From contig NIVC01005130.1 in the NCBI GenBank assembly GCA_002269645.1, positions 1 through 25,280 of the forward strand: 25,280 nucleotides of DNA, in the 5' to 3' direction. This stretch comes from Macrostomum lignano (lineage: Eukaryota). This document shows, piece after piece, positions 19,905 to 25,280 of this stretch. A program made the position numbers and the translations under genes. Each line of letters opens with the position of its first letter. The stretch's first letter is position 1. The notes under the pieces were generated by a model, which was given only the letters and a program-made list of their open reading frames with translations, searched no databases and was not told where the DNA came from.

Positions 19905-20708
19905 GTCAGTCCCAGCTCATTGTATCATCCATGTAATCGTCAATAGTGTCGCTAAGTCAAGTTTTCAGTAACCCCGGAGTCTGACCACTTCATGCCTTCA
20001 GCTCTTTAATCTAGGTAGATCTTTAAGCGCTCTTTCGCCCATTTGTTTGATAAGCAAAGCGCAAGTCGCGAGGACCAGTGAACTTTGGGTCTGTTGCGAA
20101 TATTCTTGTAACCATGACAGAAATATGTCTATGTCCCTTTAAGCTACTGACCTCAGACTTTTCTTAAACGCTGTCGGCCTAATTCAATTTTTCTTGCAAT
20201 TCGCGTGGTCGGTCTTTTCCTATTACAATGCACTGAGAGTGGCCTATCTAGGGAATATAAGATCTATGACTTTTACCCATAGATATTTGATGACGCTTCG
20301 CACATTTCGAATTTACGTGCTAATACTGTATCCTTTAGCAGGCAAGCTTGAGAATCTGCAACTGTGGTTTGCCAGTATTTTTTATTTTATTACGAGCTAA
20401 TCCCCGACATGACCCAGTCAATAATACATGGTATGCATTGTATACTGTAATTAAGCCAACAGAGCAAGATTGCAACAGCTATGGGGTATAGGAATTGTTT
20501 AAGGCAGACCTCACGTCTACATTTCATGTATCTGAAAATCACAAAAATGCATGACACAGCTCCAATATTTGCTTTTATGAACCTGTTTTATCATCTCTGT
20601 TACGAATATTTGCTAAACAGTCAGTTAAGAATGATAAAATAGACTTCTAAAACCAAAGAGCCGAGCCGTGGCATTCTAATGTATTTCAATCACAAGACAC
20701 GTGAAAAT

Positions 20709-20964
20709 ATACGGAGAATAAAAAATTTACATAGAATCCTAATTTTCTGAACGAAAAGCTTTATAAATATCGATAGAGCAATAAAAAAGGCACAACATAT
20801 CAAAAGATGAGCACTGGATCTGCCTCCTATCAAAAGTAATAGCAATTTTTGTGCTGAAAAAATGAAAATTTCCTATCTCCGTAGTGTATTTTTTCGGGAA
20901 AAAGTGCCTTCAAAAATTTTCTAAGAAACGAGATTTCCCGTCCTTCTACTTAAGTCGTCCTTGA
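20709..20964. mobile_element. Second, 5'-truncated copy of the 11872-12210 MITE, intronic, same orientation
   Basis: Collinear with 11952-12211 (e.g. AAAAGATGA.CA.TGG.TCTGCCTCCTAT, CCTATCTCCGTAGTGTATTTTTTCGG, TTTCCCGTCCTTCTA.TTAAGT.GTCCTTGA). Confidence 0.85.
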
Positions 20965-21182
20965 TACGAGCTATATAGCCTCGCACTTCACGGCCATAGA
21001 CAACTGTTTGATGGTTTAAGGCTGCGCCATTCCTAATAATTAATTATTATAGTTCAAGGCCATACACTTTTGAGGGGGAGCATTGTACTATTTTAAGGGT
21101 GATTGTACTATTTAAAGTAGGTGTTCCGCCCATTGAGCGGTGTCTGCTGTGACAAGGAAAATAGAGCCGGGAAGAATATGCT

Positions 21183-21224
<42 letters not shown>

Positions 21225-21271
21225 TAATTAATCAATCAGTCAGTCAGTCAACCAACCAATCAATCAATCAA
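21183..21271. repeat. (ATCA)n microsatellite with GTCA and ACCA variants
   Basis: Direct reading. Confidence 0.92.
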
Positions 21272-21824
21272 CGGTATCGAATACTGTTGACATAATACGA
21301 GCGTAGTTTAGAACAATTTGGCAGAATTTTTGTGGATAATAAAAAATTTGTCATAGTTAACATTCTAGCATAGCAATCAATATTTCTTTTTAGATAAAAA
21401 ATAAACTATTGAGCAAAAAAAATTTGCAGACTATTTCAGCTGACGATGCGTTCAATCCAGGGGTGAGGTGCTGCTCATGATTATTGATTCTACACCCTTT
21501 GTTGTACGCTCGCTGAGATGCCTTTCACTTTTTCATATTAAATTCCTGTCTTTTTAGTTTTCATTCGCATAATGCCTTTTAATATTTCAATGTGTGCTCA
21601 TGCTCGTGGCCTTGCTGATGCACCGTAAAGTTTTTTGAACCAACAGTTGATTCTTTATGTTTGATGCACTTAAATAGCTCGTACCCTACAAATTTACCTA
21701 CTAACCCAATGTTGTAATCATAGTACAGATGCATGCCTGTATTTCGGCATGAGATTAAAGATTGACGTCATGCTTAGCCGCTAGGGCGGCAGGTAACTTC
21801 GAAACTACGTTTCTTTGTTGCATA

Positions 21825-22140
21825 GTCGCTTGACATCCAGGTCGCTTGACATCCAGGTCGCTTGATCTAGGTCGCTTGACATCCAGGTCGCTTGACATCC
21901 AGGTCGCTTGACATCCAGGTCGCTTGACGCTTTACATCCAGGTCGCTTGACTCCAGACACCCAGATCATACAGGTCAGTAGTCCAGTTCACTTTGCTTGA
22001 CATCCAGGACGCTTGACATCCAGGTCGCTTAATATCCAGATCTAGGTCGCTTGACATCCAGGTCGCTTAATATCCAGATCTAGGTCGCTTGACATCCAGG
22101 TCGCTTAATATCCAGATCTAGGTCGCTTGACATCCAGGTC
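21825..22140. repeat. 16-bp minisatellite GTCGCTTGACATCCAG with a 38-bp higher-order unit in its 3' half
   Basis: Direct reading; GTCGCTTGACATCCAGGTCGCTTAATATCCAGATCTAG recurs at about 22010-22125. Confidence 0.9.
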
Positions 22141-22502
22141 TATACGTTTCTCAGGTCGTCTGGGTTCCTCTTGCATTTGGAAATGACCGAAGTAGAATAT
22201 CCCATTCAAAGCTAAAGCCGTTGTTAAAAAACCGCACCGCAGTACAGACGTCAATTGTCCACCGAGGGACTTGCCCGCATGGACTGAAAATTCATTGTTT
22301 CTATTTGTTGCAACTCATTGAGTCGCACGCACGTAACTATTTACTCGTATATATAACTAAAAATAATACTAAAAATTGAACTTTATACTCATTTTATTGT
22401 TATTTTATTTCCGTCATGTATATCTTATAATTAGCTTATAATATATTAATCGAAGGTATAAATTATGTCATTTCATTTAATACTCATCTTAATTCTCTGC
22501 AG

Positions 22503-22587
22503 AATTCCTACCCTCCGAATACGGCAAGCGTACAGCTGAGGCATAAAGATCTGTTTGAAAATCTTAGCCACACTGCTGACATTGATG
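22503..22587 (+). CDS. PRKAG: AMPK gamma exon: NSYPPNTASVQLRHKDLFENLSHTADID(G)
   Basis: Acceptor TTCTCTGCAG|, donor G|GTAAGT at 22588. Open in phase 0 to phase 1, in an otherwise AT-rich intron. Confidence 0.7.
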
Positions 22588-23804
22588 GTAAGTGTTGACT
22601 TGTTTTTATATTTTTCACATACTACTTTCCTGCTGTTGTTAGTAGTGTCTAAATATTTTTGCCCAAAATAGTTTGTTATGAATTGTTAAAAATGAATTTT
22701 TTGGATCACAAGCAAAAGTTGCTCTTAGAGTGTAGCCTTTGAATGACGAATTATTTTTTTGTAAATTCTGTTCCAACTGGTCTAAACTAGCAATAAGTAC
22801 ATCTTTGTACTTTTACTTGTACTTTACTTGATCTGGCTGGGCGATTTATTTGTGGCCCAATAATTGGAGCAGCTTGTACAGTGCAAGCTTGTTATAAATC
22901 TGCGAGTGTACAATGTGTAGGTTTGGTATAAATGTAATGAAATCGAAATTAAATACCAGCTGGAGTGTTTGCGCATTGCTGTGTTGCATGCTACTTACGT
23001 GTTTGGTATTTCCACCGTTTCACCTCCGATCTCCAACTGCTCATTAGTAGACTCTCCGTCAGTCAGTACATTGGGCCACTTGTTCAGGCATCAGGCGCAT
23101 GCATGCACCCCTCAGCACTGCTTTCCTTTGCATGCTCATTTCTTACACAACTGTTTACCGGTTAGCCCTTCTCTCTCCGCTCAACACTAGTTTTCACCTA
23201 CTCGTGTTACCCTATACCTCGCCGTACCCGTGTGGTGTGACGACTGACGGAAAAGTAGTTAGTCATTTAAAAAAAGTATTCAAAGAACGAAAACAGTGAC
23301 AGTGTAAAAACGCATTTTTTGTTATAATAAACCAACTTACTTAAGTCACCATTTAATGATAGAGAAGGGGTAGCAAAATGTTTTATGGCCATGTCATAAT
23401 TCGTTTTAGGTAGGCAGGTGGGTGCTGCTGAATCTTATGGGAACACATTTGCCCTCTCCGCCACGTGGTTAAGCTTTAATGTGAATGTACATCAAATGTA
23501 CATATAAATATATATCAACCCTTGATGGCCCTCAGCTAGTGGCTCCTGCTGTGACTCAGGCCAAGTTAAACTGATCAGTGTACATTACTGAGCCCCGCAC
23601 CCACCACCCCACACTCTCTCGCTCCTTCTGCCCCCCCCCAGCCCCCAGGCCCCAAACCCCAAAAGCCGAAGAAGGCCGCCAAATTCCAACACTCCAGTTT
23701 GCGCAGCACCCACCCCCGACCGTCATCTTGTGTCTGCTTCACCCCGTCCACTTTTTATACAGTCTTAAACAGACGAAATGACAATTCTACTTTTCTCCAC
23801 GCAG

Positions 23805-23929
23805 CAAGCAGTCTTCTATTTTTTTCAAGCTTCTTGCAGTCCTTGCTTGCTTTTACTAAACTCGCTAGTTAGACTAGCTTGTGACTAACTTAACTCGCAA
23901 AGTTGAAGCTGTAAAAATAACAACCAACC
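23805..23929 (+). other. Putative alternative non-coding exon (short AMPK gamma isoform)
   Basis: Acceptor CTTTTCTCCACGCAG| and donor |GTAAGT at 23930. It appears to have stops in all frames. Confidence 0.35.
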
Positions 23930-24085
23930 GTAAGTATTGTATCCAATCAAATTATTGTCTACTAGTTAAGCTTATAGCTTAACTATTAATAATATTACTA
24001 TTATTGTAATTAATTTACCCGGGACTGATGAGTCAAATCAATGCAGCAAGCCTTCAAATAACTCTTCCTATCCTATCTTCTGCAG

Positions 24086-24407
24086 GCCAGTGCTGCATTC
24101 AATCAGCGACAGCCATGGCAGAGTCGCGTCACCGCCGAATGTCCGGTCCCTCAACGGAGATGGCATCTCAGTTTCGTAAAACACAACAACAGCAGCAGCA
24201 ACAACAGCAGCATCAGCGAACTTGGACAGGACCAGCGGCTGCGATGAGGCATCGCGCTGCCACTTTGGCTGCCGATACAGTCTCCGGCTCGGCTGCATCT
24301 GGTGCAGTCGGCGGAGCAGCCAGGACGTTCAGGTCACCGAGAATGACAAGTACATCATATTTCGGTCAAAGTGTCAGGGCGACAGCTCTACTGTGGATTT
24401 TGACGAG
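24086..24407 (+). CDS. PRKAG: AMPK gamma exon with polyQ (GQCCIQSATAMAESRHRRMS...QQQQQQQQ...TSYFGQSVR[fs]GDSSTVDFDE)
   Basis: Phase-1 acceptor CTTCTGCAG| matches the upstream exon; donor GAG|GTGAAA at 24408. An inferred 1-bp deletion near 24376-24379 is needed to keep frame with the next exon. Confidence 0.55.
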
Positions 24408-24429
24408 GTGAAACTTAGTTTAAATTGTA

Positions 24430-24969
24430 CAGCATCAGGGTCCAGTCTCACCGTGACAAATCCCCAGCATCAAGTCCAGTCTCACCCGAGCCAAATCCTC
24501 AGCATCAGGTCCAGTCTCACCCGAGCCAAATCCTCAGCATCAGGTCCAGTCTCACCCGTGACAAATCCTCAGCATCAGGTCCAGTCTCACCCGTGACAAA
24601 TCCTCAGCATCAAGTCCAGTCTCACCCGAGCAAATCCCCAGCATCAGGTCCAGTCTCACCGTGACAAATCCCCAGCATCAAGTCCAGTCTCACCCGAGCC
24701 AAATCCCCAGCATCAGGTCCAGTCTCACCCGTGACAAATCCTCAGCATCAGGTCCAGTCTCACCCGTGACAAATCCTCAGCATCAGGTCCAGTCTCACCC
24801 GAGCCAAATCCTCAGCATCAGGTCCAGTCTCACCCGTGACAAATCCTCAGCATCAAGTCCAGTCTCACCCGAGCCAAATCCCAGCATCAGGTCCAGTCTC
24901 ACCCGTGACAAATCCTCAGCATCAAGTCCAGTCTCACCCGTGACAAATCCCCAGCATCAGGTCCAGTCT
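24430..24969. repeat. 35-bp minisatellite CAGCATCA(G/A)GTCCAGTCTCACCCG(TGA/AGC)CAAATCC(T/C), about 15 copies, intronic
   Basis: Direct reading; it fills almost the whole 24408-25045 intron. Confidence 0.93.
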
Positions 24970-25045
24970 TACTTTATCAATCACCCACTAAACGATCCTA
25001 TCCCCACTAAGCAAGTCCGCCGACCCACGCGCCGCCCCGCCGCAG

Positions 25046-25280
25046 GTGCGCCAAGCCACAGTATCGGAGCCGAGCCGCGTATTCGAAATCTTCTCCAGAA
25101 GCACCGCTGCTACGATCTGATTCCTACTAGCAGCAAGCTGCTAGTGTTCGACCACAACCTAAACGTTAAGAAGGCCTTCTTTGCCTTGGTTTACAATGGC
25201 CTTCGCGCCGCCCCAGTTTGGGACTCAGACCAGCAGCGCTTCGTCGTATGCTCACTATCACGGACTTCATCAACATCCTG
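25046..25280 (+). CDS. PRKAG: AMPK gamma CBS1 exon (3'-partial): ...[10 protein letters not shown][fs][50 protein letters not shown][fs][11 protein letters not shown]
   Basis: Unmistakable AMPK gamma signature '[49 protein letters not shown]'. Acceptor CCGCAG| at 25045. Two apparent 1-bp deletions. Confidence 0.93.

Noticed and set aside
21801-21815. 15-nt match GAAACTACGTTTCTT to the MITE TIR
   Set aside because: No flanking similarity; too short to call a third copy.
24425-24664. ORFs reading through the 35-bp repeat
   Set aside because: The 35-bp period is not a multiple of 3 and the array lies between a donor (24408) and an acceptor (25045).
9569-25280. SLC36 and AMPK gamma as a co-regulated nutrient-sensing cluster or operon
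   Set aside because: Same strand and related pathways, but they are separated by more than 8 kb of transposon debris and each has its own candidate promoter. There is no evidence beyond adjacency.

Overview
Eukaryotic (animal) genomic DNA, not prokaryotic. GC-rich exons are separated by introns filled with tandem repeats. This style resembles the flatworm Macrostomum lignano, but the species is my inference only. There are three protein-coding genes, all on the + strand. (1) The 3' part (9 exons, about 478 aa reconstructed by hand, 3..7041) of an LRRC74-like ribonuclease-inhibitor-type leucine-rich-repeat protein with a degenerate C-terminal EF-hand-like region. Seven of its eight introns are filled with unrelated micro- or minisatellites. 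(2) An intronless 470-aa proton-coupled amino acid transporter (SLC36/PAT family, 9569..10981). It has a probable spliced 5' UTR and a 70-bp tandem array carrying nine CCAAT boxes upstream. (3) The 5' part of an AMPK gamma subunit gene (19386..>25280) with a long N-terminal extension, a possible internal short isoform, and three apparent 1-bp deletions. Between genes 2 and 3 is a cluster of decayed mobile elements: a long-TIR MITE (second copy at 20.7 kb), a P-element-like transposase relic, a Penelope GIY-YIG fragment with inverted pseudo-LTRs carrying degenerate hammerhead ribozymes, and a tRNA-derived SINE with a 15-bp target-site duplication. Most long ORFs in the supplied track are artefacts of the repeats. 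I found no clearly new multi-gene system. The best leads are the intron repeat architecture, the CCAAT array and the decayed hammerheads.
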